Below, piece after piece: positions 36,300 to 49,039 of a stretch of 64,000 nt of DNA. The notes below the pieces were generated by a model. The model was given only the letters and a program-made list of their open reading frames with translations. It was not told where the DNA came from and ran no database searches. The stretch comes from Octopus sinensis (lineage: Eukaryota), in assembly GCF_006345805.1 (NCBI RefSeq), contig NC_043017.1, positions 11,966,001-12,030,000 of the forward strand, read 5' to 3'. The position numbers were made by a program, and so were the translations under genes. The number at the start of each line of letters is the position of its first letter. The first letter of the stretch is position 1.

Positions 36300-36525
36300 T
36301 AATAAAGATTTCAAATTTTGGCACAAGGCCAGCAAGGTCAAGGGAGCGGGGAAGTCACTTACATTGCCCCTCCCCCCTTTTGTGCTCAACTGGTGCTTAT
36401 TTTATTGACACCAAAAGGATGAGAGACAAAGCTGACCCCAGCAGAATTTGAACTCAGATTGTAAAAATGGATGAAATGCTGCCAAGCATTTTGACCAGAG
36501 TGCAGACAGTTCTGCAGGCTCATTA
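36300..36525 (-). mobile_element. SINE B'
   Basis: tttcaaattttggcacaaggccagc...agaatttgaactcag. Confidence 0.8.
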
Positions 36526-36635
36526 CCTGAATAATAATAATAATAATAATTGTCATCATCATCATCATCATACATCCGTTGTTCATGCTGGCATGAGTTA
36601 GACTTAATAATAATAATAATGACTACAAAAACAAT

Positions 36636-36967
36636 CATCATCATCATCATCATCATTTAACGTCCGCTTTCCATGCTAGCATGGGTTAGACGATTTTGAC
36701 TGAGGGCTGGCAACCAGATGGCTGCACCAGACTCCAGTCTTGATCTGGCAGAGTTTCTACAGCTGGATGCCCTTCCTAATGTCAACTACTCCGAGAGTGT
36801 ACTGGGTGCATTTTTCATGCCACCTGCATGGGAGCCAGTCAGGCGGTACTGGCAATGACCTCGCTCGAATCTTTTTACACGTGCTACCGGCACAGGTGCC
36901 AGTGAAGCGATGTTGGTAACAATCATGCTCGAATGGTGCCCTTTAACGTGCCACGGGTACGGAAGCC
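36636..36967 (-). mobile_element. Family D, 5'-truncated insertion with an 18-bp TSD
   Basis: TSD AATGA(C/T)TACAAAAACAAT at 36618-36635 and 36968-36985. Confidence 0.9.
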
Positions 36968-38129
36968 AATGATTACAAAAACAATTACAATAATAATTTT
37001 TATATTATTTTTTATTTGCCACAAGGGCAACAGAAAGAGGAACATTAAAAGGATAATTCCCCCACCCTTCCAAAAAGAATATGGTGAACGATTGTCACGA
37101 TCAGAATTTATGGAGAAAGCAAAAAAAAAAACCTAGAAAAGGAATGAAACGGAACATCCCAATAGAAGAACAACCAGCAAAGGCCAATCAAGGAACCCCA
37201 TAAATTCTAAGGTTAACCTGACAATGAAGGGCAGGTAACCTCTCTCACCAGCTGAGAAGAGACTCATTCTTTTGGCTATTCTCTCTCTCTCTCTCCACTC
37301 CTCCCACATTAATAATCAATGATTAAACTGTTCATTATCTTATTTGACATATCCTCATTAACGCTATATCGCTTGTGTGTCTTATCGTTGCTTCATCTTT
37401 TCTTATCTTCTTCTCGTCTTCTGTAGGAGAGTGTGGGGGGGGATTCTTTTTTTCCTCCTTACTTTCATTTGGTCTTTCTTTCTTTCTTTCTTTCTCACCT
37501 CTGAATTTCCCAATCGATCCCAGAAGCAAACCTTATTACCACCATCGAAAAACTTCACCACCACTACCACAATCGCCATCATAAGCACTATCATCACAAA
37601 CATTATACCATCAATACCACCCCACCATGACCATCACTGCAACTTGCTCTGGTGAAGTCCTGAGATGTTAACATTAAAGAAAACCTGGTCATTAGCAGTG
37701 CATTGAGGGTTATTTTTTTTTTCCTCAGTGCAACCTGCACTGCACCGGATGCTCGGATGTGCATTTGAAAGGAAATGCTATGAAGAGAGAGGAGACGGTT
37801 ACCTAGGTGACAGATGCTTGGTATTCAGGGTGAGGAAACATAGAGAAACAGTGGGAGGGGTGGGGACATTGCTATATGGGGGTGTTGGAAACGAAAAAAA
37901 TGGGAGATGATGACGGTAGTGATGATGCTGGTTGTGATGTTGGTGGTGATGTTAAATTTATCAATTATAGCGCAAACACTATTACTACCACCACACTGCT
38001 GCTACAACTACAAATGTTACTAAATACCACCACTGATAGTACAACTACCAATACAATACAATCACCATCACCCTTAATACAACAATCACCAACACTACAA
38101 CCGTCAATAATACTTTAATCAGCAGCACT

Positions 38130-38480
38130 ACTGCTACTACTACCACCACCACCACCACCACCACTACAACAACTACTACTACCACCACCACCACTACTGC
38201 TCTGTTACTACTACTACTACTACTACTACTATTACTACCACCACTACTACTACTCTGCTACTACTACTACTACTTCTACTACTACTACCACCACCACCAC
38301 TACTGCTCTGCTACTACTACTACTACCACCACCACCACCACCACCACCACCACCACCACTACTACTACTACTACCACCACCACCACCACCACCACCACCA
38401 CCACTACTACTGCTGCTGCTGCTACTACTACTACTACTTCTACTACTACTACCACCACCACCACCAACAACAACAACAAC
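38130..38480. repeat. (CTA)n/(CCA)n compound microsatellite
   Basis: Direct reading. Confidence 0.95.
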
Positions 38481-38524
38481 TTTACGAACAATCACTGCCA
38501 CCATCAACATAACATAAACCGACA

Positions 38525-38610
38525 AAAGAGTCTCTATACGGCCATATAAGTTACTAGAAACAGCAGCCAAATCTCTTTCTCATCATGTGCTACCACCTTA
38601 TGTAAAACAC
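38525..38610 (+). repeat. Short dispersed repeat family I
   Basis: ctagaaa(t/c)agcagccaaatctc motif also near 1480 (-), 1805 (-), 2360 (-), 12020, 47835 and 48735. Confidence 0.55.
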
Positions 38611-38954
38611 GTTTGACAATGTATTCTGGGGTAGAACTGAGAGGGATTTGATAGTAGTAGTGGTGAGTGAAATTGGGGTCATCCTGTGTACAGAAAGGGC
38701 TGGAAGACAGGATTTTTGTTTTTGTTTATATTTCTTTGTTCTAGTTTGTTTCATATGACGTTTTGTGAAGTCGTTCACCTGTATACACATCATTGCACAC
38801 ATACAACTGCATGCATGGCTGCACACAGGGTACTTCATCTCAACATCATTTCAGGAGGGTGTAGGTATGCATATGTGTATATGTATGCCTCTCTCTCTAT
38901 ATATATATATACATATGTGTGTGAGTATGTTTACAATTATATATAATTTATATG

Positions 38955-39006
<52 letters not shown>

Positions 39007-39008
39007 GT

Positions 39009-39350
39009 GAAGGCGCATGGCTCAGTCAGTGGTTACAGCGTCGAGCTTACGATCATGAAGTTGTGAGCTCGAATCCCGGACTGGGCTGTGTATTGTGTTC
39101 TTGAGCAAGACACTTTATTTCACATTGCTCCAGTTAACTCAGCTGTAGAAATGAGTTGCGACATCACGGGTGCCAAGCTGTATCAGCCCCTTTGCCTTTC
39201 CCTTGGATAACATTGGTGGTGTGGAGAGGGGAGGCCGGTATGCATGGGCGACTGCTCGTCTTCCATAAACCACCTTGCTCAGACTTGTGACTAGGAGGGT
39301 AACTTTCTAGGTGCAATCCCATGGTCAGTGTCGTGACCGAAGGGGGTCCC
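39009..39350 (+). mobile_element. tRNA-derived SINE C (head 1, different tail)
   Basis: Head/CORE matches 14679 up to aaatgagttg, then an unrelated tail. Confidence 0.85.
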
Positions 39351-39429
39351 AATATATGTATGCATCTATTCAAATATACAACACATGCACACACATATAT
39401 ATATACATATATATATGTAAATATATTTA

Positions 39430-39835
39430 CATAGAACCCATGCCCTTCAGCTGTCAGACAATTTCTGCAACCACATCACCCCTAACATCTGGCCACCTCA
39501 CTCTCCAGACTGCAACCCCCTTGATTATTATGTGTGGGGTGCAGTTGAGTGAGAGAACAACAAAACTCCTTGTAACACACCAAAAATGAACTGAAGGCAA
39601 GGATTATGGCAGCATTCACCAACTTAAACAAAGAGACCGTCCAGAGGAGTTGTAGGAGATTCTGAAGTGGTCTGGAGTCCGTGGTTGAAGCCAATGGCGA
39701 TTTTATTAAATAAATATTTTTAGTAGCTCAAGATATTTTCATGTAACTTTGGTAAATATATCTGCTAAAATGAGACATCAGTGTTATTTTCCTTTTTGCG
39801 TAATTTAGACAACAATATATTCACCATACCCTGTA
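39430..39835 (+). mobile_element. Tc1/mariner transposon: decayed transposase C-terminus and right end
   Basis: NIWPPHSPDCNPLDYYVWGAVE*...ELKARIMAAFTNLNKETVQRSCRRF*...VVEANGDFIK*; ends ACCCTG-TA at 39828-39835. Confidence 0.9.
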
Positions 39836-40070
39836 TATATATTATATATATATATAAATGTATGTATAATTTTATCTACACATTCCCACAAGAATCATGT
39901 TTCCTTGTTCATGGAAATTATACATAGATAATGCATATTTTAAGGCACAGACCTTCATTATATATCATTAATAAAATATATTCACAAAAATATACATATA
40001 TACTCATATTTTGACATTTATTCTTTTTTTTTTCATCACTCATATATGTGTGTGTGTCTATATATATTGT

Positions 40071-40283
40071 GCGGCAGAATGGTTAGCATGCTGGGCGAAA
40101 TACTTAGCGGTATTTCGTCTGACTTTACATTCTGAGTTCAAATTCCGCCGAGGTCGACTTTGCCTTTCATCCTTTCGGGGTAGATAAATTAAGTACCAGT
40201 TACGCACTGGGGTCAATGCAATCAACTTAATACCTATGTCTGTCCTTGTTTGTCCCCTTGTGGGTAATAAAGAAATAGGTATA
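40071..40283 (+). mobile_element. SINE B
   Basis: Matches the B consensus. Confidence 0.9.
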
Positions 40284-40289
40284 CTTTAT

Positions 40290-40460
40290 TAAGTGGTTGG
40301 CATTAGGAAGGGCATCCAGCTATAGAAACCATGCCAAATCATACTGGAGAGATTTTCAGAGTCCTGTGGCTTGGTGGCGCCTGTCAAACTGTCCAACCAA
40401 TGACAAAAGCATGGCAAACGAGATGCTAAATGAGGATAATAATGATGATGATGATGATGA
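40290..40460 (+). mobile_element. Family D partial
   Basis: gtggttggcattaggaagggcatccagctatagaaac...(GAT)n. Confidence 0.8.
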
Positions 40461-40524
40461 GGATGATACATACATCCATACATAAATGTATGTGTGTGTG
40501 TGCCAGTGTTTTCAGCTTCTTTAT

Positions 40525-40568
40525 ATCCTATTATTATTATTATTATTATTATTATTATCATCATTATT

Positions 40569-40610
<42 letters not shown>

Positions 40611-40614
40611 GCTA

Positions 40615-40661
<47 letters not shown>

Positions 40662-40733
40662 GCTATCATTATTATTATTATTATTATTATAGTAGTAGTA
40701 GTAGTAGTAGTATTATTATTATTATTATTATTA

Positions 40734-40770
<37 letters not shown>

Positions 40771-40774
40771 GCTA

Positions 40775-40809
<35 letters not shown>

Positions 40810-40823
40810 GTAGTAGTAGTAGT

Positions 40824-40868
<45 letters not shown>

Positions 40869-40887
40869 GCTATCATTATTATTATTA

Positions 40888-40935
<48 letters not shown>

Positions 40936-41122
40936 TACTGATATTATTATTATTATTACTATTACTGATATTATTATTATTATTACTATTACTGATATTA
41001 TTATTATTATTACTATTACTGATATTATTATTATTATTACTATTACTGATATTATTATTATTATTATTGCTATTATTATTATTATTATTATTGCTATCAT
41101 TATTATTATCATTATTTTTATT

Positions 41123-41165
<43 letters not shown>

Positions 41166-41168
41166 TTA

Positions 41169-41218
<50 letters not shown>

Positions 41219-41220
41219 GC
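40525..41220. repeat. (ATT)n microsatellite with higher-order repeats
   Basis: 27-bp unit actattactgatattattattattatt at 40931, 40958, 40985, 41012 and 41039. Confidence 0.95.
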
Positions 41221-41759
41221 TATCTAATTTGCCCCGTGTTGCTTGTTGTTGTCTTTTGTCATTGCAGCTGTGGTTGTTTCTGTGGTTACTGACAAATTGT
41301 TGTTGCTGTTGTTGTTGTTATTGTTTTTTTGTTTGTTGTCTGCATATATATATATTGTTTCTATGGCTCTTGTTGATTTTTACTTTTGCTGTCGACGCAT
41401 GTTTTTTTTTTTTTTTTATTTCCCTGTTTTGTCGGCTCCAGTTGTTGTCTGTATGTTGTTGTTGTCATTGTTGTTGTTGTATTGATTCAAATGTTATTTA
41501 ATTGCTGTAATTTGTTTTTGTTATTTTTGCTTATATTCATTGATATTTCTCCTCCTTTCATCATTGGCTGGTTTATTATTGCTGTTATTATGGTTATTAT
41601 CATCATTCTGTTTTTGTGTAAGGCCTCTTGTTATCTTGTTTTTTAGTTGCTGTTGTCGCCAGATACACAGAAGCACTCGTATAGAGACACACACACAACA
41701 ACCTCACACACCCAGGGACACATCTGTGTGAGTGCATATGTCTGTTTATATACATACAT

Positions 41760-41774
41760 ATGTACACACACACA

Positions 41775-41820
<46 letters not shown>

Positions 41821-42128
41821 GAATGCATGTGTGTATATATATATGTGGATGTATGTATATATGTATTTGTGTGTGTATATATATTTTATATACATATATT
41901 ATATATATATATATGAGCTATTGATATATACTCGTACATATATATATATATATGCATATCTGTATTTATATACATATGTATATATACATATACATACATA
42001 TATATATACACATACATATATATATATACATACATGTATATATACACATACATATATATATACATACATATATACATACATATATATATACACATACATA
42101 TATATATACATATATATATATACATATA

Positions 42129-42164
<36 letters not shown>

Positions 42165-42260
42165 CATACATATATATATACATACATATATACATACATA
42201 TATATATATATGTATATACACATACATATACATATATATATACACACCCACACATACACA
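41760..42260. repeat. (TA)/(TACA) compound microsatellite
   Basis: Direct reading. Confidence 0.95.
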
Positions 42261-42599
42261 CAGATACAATTATACATTCCACTTTTCAACAAGTAAATGA
42301 TGTCTGATTGACAAATCGGAATGTGAGCATGCACACGAGTGTGTGTGTGTGTGTGTGTTGTGAATGCTATAAAATAATGTAGGATCGAATCAGACAGGTT
42401 AGGTTAGGAAGCATCAGGTTGGGGGATGATGTCACAGAGCACAGCAGGACTGGAGTTTATGAGTGTGTTTTGACAGGGTTTGACGGGAGATGGGATTGCA
42501 GGGGGGTGGGGGTAGATATAGTGTCATGTGGTGGTGGTGGTGGGGACGAATGAAACTAGAGGGAGCAGAAGGAGTAGGGGGGTGGGGTGGCGGGGCGGA

Positions 42600-42790
42600 G
42601 AGCTAATCGGAAATACTCGAACATTGTCGGTCAGTAAATATAATTATGATGATGCATGCGGCTACTGGTCGGATGCTATTGTTGTGTAAGCATGCAGCTG
42701 GTTGCCACTGCGCCTGACCGATCAAAGAATCCCGGATCAAAGCAATGGATTATTGCTTCGCCCGGTAAGATCTACTAAATTCACTTGGAG
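42600..42790. promoter_or_regulatory. Candidate cis-regulatory element (CpG-containing unique island, two TCF/LEF-like sites)
   Basis: GATCAAAG at 42720-27 and 42735-42; flanked by G-tract clusters at 42577-42599 and 42846-42867. Confidence 0.3.
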
Positions 42791-43336
42791 GTGAGGCGAG
42801 CAGGAAAGGTGAGGAGAAGGGGGGGGGTGAAAGTGAGAGACAAGAGGGTGGGGTGGGGGTGGGGTGGAGCAAGAGGTGGTCAATGATGGGGCGGGGTGAG
42901 GTGGGGTGGGGGTGCAATAAATAATTTACGTTATTGACAAGTAACTCCCACCCCTAAACAACCACATTGTGTGTTTGTATGTATGTGTATGTGCATGCGT
43001 GTATGTGTTAAATCATGCGTATACACATCTATGTGTCGGTGTGTGGATATATATATATATATGTGAATTATATATATTATTTGGGAGCCCTTTATTATAT
43101 TTATATATATATATTATATATATATATAATATATATATATATATTCATATATATATATATACACACACAGCTCATACACATACATACACACACAAATATG
43201 TGTGTGTGTGTGTGTAATTTGAGGGTGGTTTGGGTGCTGTTTCAAGTAGCACAAGCCATTTCATAGAGGTTTCTTCTTTGACAAATGTTATTGCTCTTGT
43301 TGTTGGTGGTGGTGGTGGTGGAGATGACAAAGCTTG

Positions 43337-43373
<37 letters not shown>

Positions 43374-43734
43374 GGTAATGATGTGGTGGTGGTGGTGGTG
43401 GTGGTGGTGGTGGTGGTAGAGGTAGTGGTGGTGTTTGTTATTGTAGTGACAAAGGTTGCAATTGTGATGCTGTTGTCTATTGTATTTCCATGACTCTGAT
43501 GGTGTCTCTGCAAAGATACCCAGCTTTGTTCTTGTTCAACAATAAATCAATAGACAAGTCAAACAATTGACTGTGGTTGGTCAGAGGCTCCAGGACAAGG
43601 AAGACAATGTCCAGATCCATGGGTGAGACAAACATGATGATGATGATGATGATGACAGGAATGTTGTTGGCAAGTAGATTTGTGTTTCTATTAAGTGGAG
43701 GTAATGACCAGGGCTCTTTCTTCCATGTCTTCCA

Positions 43735-43927
43735 AATTCTGAGTTTTTGCTAAAATTAGAAATTATTCTGAAAAAGTCGACTTTGCTTTTCACCCTTTTG
43801 GGGTCAATAAAGTAAGTACCAGCTGCGTACTGGAGTCAATGTAATCAACTTATCTGCTCCTCACAAAATTTCAGGCCTTGTGTCTATAATAGAAAAGATT
43901 ATTTCTATAACAATATAAGTTGTTGTT

Positions 43928-43963
<36 letters not shown>

Positions 43964-44190
43964 AATTGTCATCTTTATTGCCGCTGCCATTATTGTTGTG
44001 GTCAGTGTTGCTGTTCTCATTATCATTATTTTGCCCATCTTTATATTTTGACCTTGAATTCTGCCGAGGTCAACATTGTTTTTCATTCTCTTGGGGTTGA
44101 TAAAATAAGTACCAGTTGAACACTGGGGTTGATGTTATTGATTTTTCCCTCCTCTGAAATTGCTGGCCTTGGGCCAAAATTTGAAATTAT
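43735..44190 (+). mobile_element. Two SINE B' copies (about 43735-43890 and 44045-44190)
   Basis: gactttgcttttcaccc...ggccttgtgtc and aattctgccgaggtc...ggccttgggccaaaatttgaaa. Confidence 0.75.
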
Positions 44191-44658
44191 CATCATCATC
44201 AGCAGCATCATTATTATTATTATTGATAGAGAATGGTGAGAATGGTGGAGAGGCAAAAAATATCTTTTAAATATAAATTGTCTATTTACATTCTGAATCC
44301 AAATCCTATGGAGGTCAATTTATGGCTTTCATTAATTACCAGTTAAGTAATAAGAGTTGGGTTTCAAGAGAAATACCTTTACCCACAAAAGTCATTGTTT
44401 TATACGTATATTAATGATCATACTTTATATAGCCTTACAGCTACATGTAGCCTTATACTTATACTAAGAGTCACACTTATGAGTCAAAAGCATTCCATAG
44501 TAAATAGGTAAAGGTTAACACATCTGCCATAATGACATAGAATCGTTTAATGTAATTATGAAACAGTCTGTATAACTATTTGTGCAAGCAGTTATGTGCA
44601 TTTTTATTGATATGTAGTGTTTATGTGTGTATATATATATACATACATACATACATAT

Positions 44659-44689
<31 letters not shown>

Positions 44690-44725
44690 CATATGTATGT
44701 ATACATATATGCATATAGGTATGTG

Positions 44726-45122
44726 TGAAGGCACAATGCTTAGTGGGTAGAGTGCGAAATTGTAGGTTTGATTCCCAGACCAGGTATTGCATTCTTGAAC
44801 GAAGCACTTCATTTCAAATTGTTCGGTGATCATTTCTTCACCTGACATGTGGCACACGGTGCACCTTTACCATGACGGGAGAGTCCATGATGATGACACA
44901 TATATGTAAATATATATATATGTATGTGTGTCTGTGTTTGTCCCCCCAACATCGCTTGACAACCGATGCTAGTGTGCTTACGTCCCCGTAACTTAGCGGT
45001 TCGGCAAAAGAGATCGATAGAATAAGTACTAGGCTTACAAAGAATAAGTCCTGGGGTCGAATTGCTTGACTAAAGGCGGTGCTCCAGCATGGCAGCAGTC
45101 AAATGACTGAAACAAGTAAAAG

Positions 45123-45125
<3 letters not shown>
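44726..45125 (+). mobile_element. Chimeric SINE: C-like head with an A tail
   Basis: gaaggcacaatgcttagtgg...gtttgattcccagacc head; A tail 44925-45125 close to consensus. Confidence 0.65.
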
Positions 45126-45218
<93 letters not shown>

Positions 45219-45261
45219 ATATATATATATATATACTTACATATATGCATATGATATGTAT

Positions 45262-45390
45262 AGGCAAGCACCCACTATACTCTCAGAGTGGTTGGTGTTA
45301 GGAAGGGCATCCAGTTGTAAAAACTCTGCTAAACCAAGTTGGAACTTGGTGCAGCTGCTGCTACCATGGAAAACAGACGTTAATTGATGA
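45262..45390 (+). mobile_element. Family D partial
   Basis: aagcacccactatactctcagagtggttggtgttaggaagggcatccag. Confidence 0.8.
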
Positions 45391-45396
45391 TATATG

Positions 45397-45433
<37 letters not shown>

Positions 45434-45993
45434 GTATACACACACACACACAATGTATGTATATATATGTATGTATACATGTATATGTGCGTCTAAATGG
45501 TTGATAGGCAAAACTTAAAGTTCCAATCATCTTCATCTTCACAATGTTTGGTTCTACTCTCACTAGTGCTTTGAAATAATAACAATCTTTTAAGCAATGC
45601 ATACACACAGACAGACAAACACACAGGGAGAGAACGACAGAGAGAGAGACATTTGTTTGAGGCCTTTATGCGTCTACGTATGACTGTACATGACTGTACA
45701 TGAGTAATACGCATGGATGAAGCAACTTGTTCAATAGCATCGAAACGAAGGGTTTCGTCGTTATTGCTAATTACTACTCCCACTTGAATTGTTTACCTGT
45801 TGCTATTGATTTTCTCCTCCTGAAGAGTCTTTCTTCAGTGTTACTCAAGTACTGTTTATCCGGTTGCTCTCAGCTTTTCAATTGCTTCTATTTAGACCGA
45901 AGATCTTCTTGAAAACCCACCTGGCAGGTATTTAAGCATGAATTTAAGCATGGGAAATGTTTTTCACTCAGGATACATTTCTTAAAACAACTG

Positions 45994-46222
45994 TTAACCC
46001 TTTCGTTACTGTATTTATTTTGATATGCTCTGTGTTTCTTTCAATTATTTTAAATATAACAAAGAATTTAGTAAAATAACTTAGTTATCATTAAGCTAGT
46101 ATTAGGAATATAAATTGCGACTAAGGTTTGGTGGTATATTTTAATGCAAAACTTATGAAAACAAGACATTTGTACTACAGAGCCAGAGCCGGTTTTGGCC
46201 GGATTGGTAACGAAAGGGTTAA
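45994..46222. mobile_element. piggyBac-like MITE
   Basis: TTAA-CCCTTTCGTTAC...GTAACGAAAGGG-TTAA. Confidence 0.88.
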
Positions 46223-46494
46223 ACTGACGGAAAGCATCTTTAGTTTTCCTTTCTGGACTAAACCAATTCGATAATGTCTATTTATATATATTTTCATAGG
46301 AAATTGCATTTCTTTGTTTTTAAACCCTATGTTTTGTATTGCTTATCATCCAATCATCACCAGGTTCCAATTTTTTTCCCCCTTTTGTATAAGTACATGA
46401 GGTCCAAATTGGGTATTTAATCTTGAGCCTTTATTTTATGCCATGTTTTCACTTTTCTGGAGACAAAAGTCAGACAATTTCATTGATGTCTTTC

Positions 46495-46710
46495 TCATTC
46501 TCACCATTCAATGTCCATGTCCGAAACTGGCAAAAGGGGTCAGTGGTTTGACAGGATCCAATGGGACGAAGGAATCCATTGAACTCCAGTGTTCTGCTTT
46601 GTCATGCTTTCTACAGCTGGATGCCCTTCCTAATGCCCTTCTACAGCTGGATGCCCATCTTAATGCCTTTCTTCAGCTGGATGCCCTTCTTAATGCCAAC
46701 CACTTTACAC
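46495..46710 (-). mobile_element. Family D/G-like copy with an internal 30-bp triplication
   Basis: ttctacagctggatgcccttcctaatgccc x3 at 46609-46698. Confidence 0.8.
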
Positions 46711-46780
46711 TCTTATATATATATATATGTGTGTGTGTGTATGTGTGTATAGATACACTCTTTTATATATATATATATAA

Positions 46781-46990
46781 CGGGAAGCTTTATGAAAATA
46801 AACAAAAGACGAAGGCAGGTGGAATATAAACAAACAATTGTATTAGTATGGCACTCAGGAATATAAATAAAACAAGTCTTTTACATTTTGAGCCTACGCT
46901 CATCAACAGAAAGATACACAGAAAAGAAACACAGAAAGAAACAAGGAGAGAAAAAAATGCGTGCAGAAGCTAGCGAATCAACATGGCGAT
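46781..46990 (-). mobile_element. (TA)n-embedded Penelope-like small element with a hammerhead-like motif, copy 1
   Basis: Reverse complement aligns with 53521-53710 and 61411-61585. Confidence 0.7.
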
Positions 46991-47309
46991 ATATTTATAA
47001 AAAAACTAATATATGTACAGACATACACTTATATATATACACAACTACAACAGTTAGAAACTACCTCTTGCTAGCACGTAAACAAACACTCCCCTCTTTC
47101 ATACACATAGCTACAATACACAAATTAGCCATTGATACTAGACCAGTACACATCCTTTTATATACATAGACTAATGTATGCTTGTACATATATCTACCGG
47201 ACCTGATCTAATCATTGATATCTTACTTTACTTATCAAAAAACAACCCCTCTGTGTGTGTGTGTATATAATTATACACACATATATAGCAACAATACAGA
47301 ACCTTTGCT

Positions 47310-47523
47310 CTTTACTCTCTCTTTTACTTGTTTCAGTCAGGTGACTGTGACCATGCTGGAGCACCGCCTTTAGTTGAGCAAATCGGGTTCAGGACTTATT
47401 CTTTGTAAGCCTAGTACTTATTCTATCGGCCTCTTTTGCCGAACCGCTAAGTTACGGGGATGTAAACACACCACCATCAGTTGTCAAGCGATGTTGTGGG
47501 GGGCAGACAAACACAGACACACG

Positions 47524-47600
<77 letters not shown>

Positions 47601-47758
47601 CGACAGGCTTCTTTTCAGTTTCTGTCCACCAAATCCAATCACAAGGCTTTGGTCGGCCCGAGGCTATAGTAGAAGACACTTGCCCAAGGTGCCACGCAGT
47701 GGGACTGAACCTGGAATTATGTAGTTTGTAAGCAAGCTACTTACCACACAGCCACTCC
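47310..47758 (-). mobile_element. SINE A, full length
   Basis: Matches consensus; TSD-like cctttgct at 47302-47309 and 47757-47764. Confidence 0.93.
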
Positions 47759-48110
47759 TTTGCTAATATATCCATCCAAATTTGTTCCAACTAACCAACA
47801 AGGTTATCTCTCTATACAGCTGTTTGACTTGTTTGTAGTAGCAGCTAAATTCCTTCTATCACATTAAAATGAGAAGGACATTTTTGAGAAATGCAGTGTT
47901 TTTGCTCATGAAGGCCACTTGGTCTGTGACTCAAAACTGCAATCTTGCAATCATGAGTGCAACACCCTAATCACCAGGCCATGCACATAAGCTATACATG
48001 CAGATGTACACACATATACAACCACAATATACTCACATACACAGATATACATGCAGATATACACACATACATATACACAGAAATACACACATATTGTTTT
48101 TAGAAAGGAA

Positions 48111-48487
48111 GCACTCCGTCGATTACGACGACGAGGGTTCCGGTTGATCCGAATCAACGGAACAGCCTGCTTGTGAAATTAACGTGTAAGTGGCTGAGCA
48201 CTCCACAGACACGTGTACCCTTAACGTAGTTCTCGGGGATATTCAGCGTGACACAGAGAGTGACAAGGCCGGCCCTTTGAAATACAGGTACAACAGAAAC
48301 AGGAAGTAAGAGTGAGAGAAAGCTGTGGTGAAAGAGTACAGCAGGGATCACCACCATCCCCTGCCAGAGCCTCATGGAGCTTTAGGTGTTTTTGCTCAAT
48401 AAACACTCACAACGCCCGTCTGGGAATCAAAACCGCGATCCTATGACTGCGAGTCCACTGCCCTAACCACTGGGCCATTGCGCCTCC
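48111..48487 (-). mobile_element. SINE C (head 2, tail 1)
   Basis: Reverse complement of 31082-31469. Confidence 0.92.
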
Positions 48488-49039
48488 ACACACACATATA
48501 CAACCACAATATAATGTTGAATGCCATGTCACACATATAAGCTAACCATTCTGTCAAAACCAAATGTTTACCATTAATTCTTATAACATTATGACAACAC
48601 AACATATAAAATTGAATTTAATTGTTATTTTATTAATGATCAATATTGATAAGCAATCATTTAAAGACAACAACCACAACATCACTGTCATCAGCAATGC
48701 AGTCGAGTGATAGATCAATGCAGTCAAGTGACCTGCTAGAAATAGCAGCTGAATTGATGAGCTTTTCAGATAATCGATCAGCTGGACTACCCCCTCAGTG
48801 AATTATACTGTAAGGCATTGATCCACCTGCTGGCACCGTGTGCCATATCCCAGTTCAATGCTTCAGTTGATGGCCCAAAGAACAGGAGGAAGGGTGTTGT
48901 CACTGAGCTAGAAGGTAAGCTGAGGGGTTGCAGCCAATGGCTAGGGCAGAGGAGTCTCAAGAAAACCAATGCGACTGGGGGAAGTGACCCCTACTATGTT
49001 TTGTAGACCTCAACTGGCAGTCAAACAGACACAACTCCA

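Noticed and set aside
40289-42334. Poly-Ile/Leu and Tyr/Ile ORFs
   Set aside because: Microsatellite translations
45650-45920. Transposase or exon in unique sequence
   Set aside because: All frames have stops, and no motif could be supported
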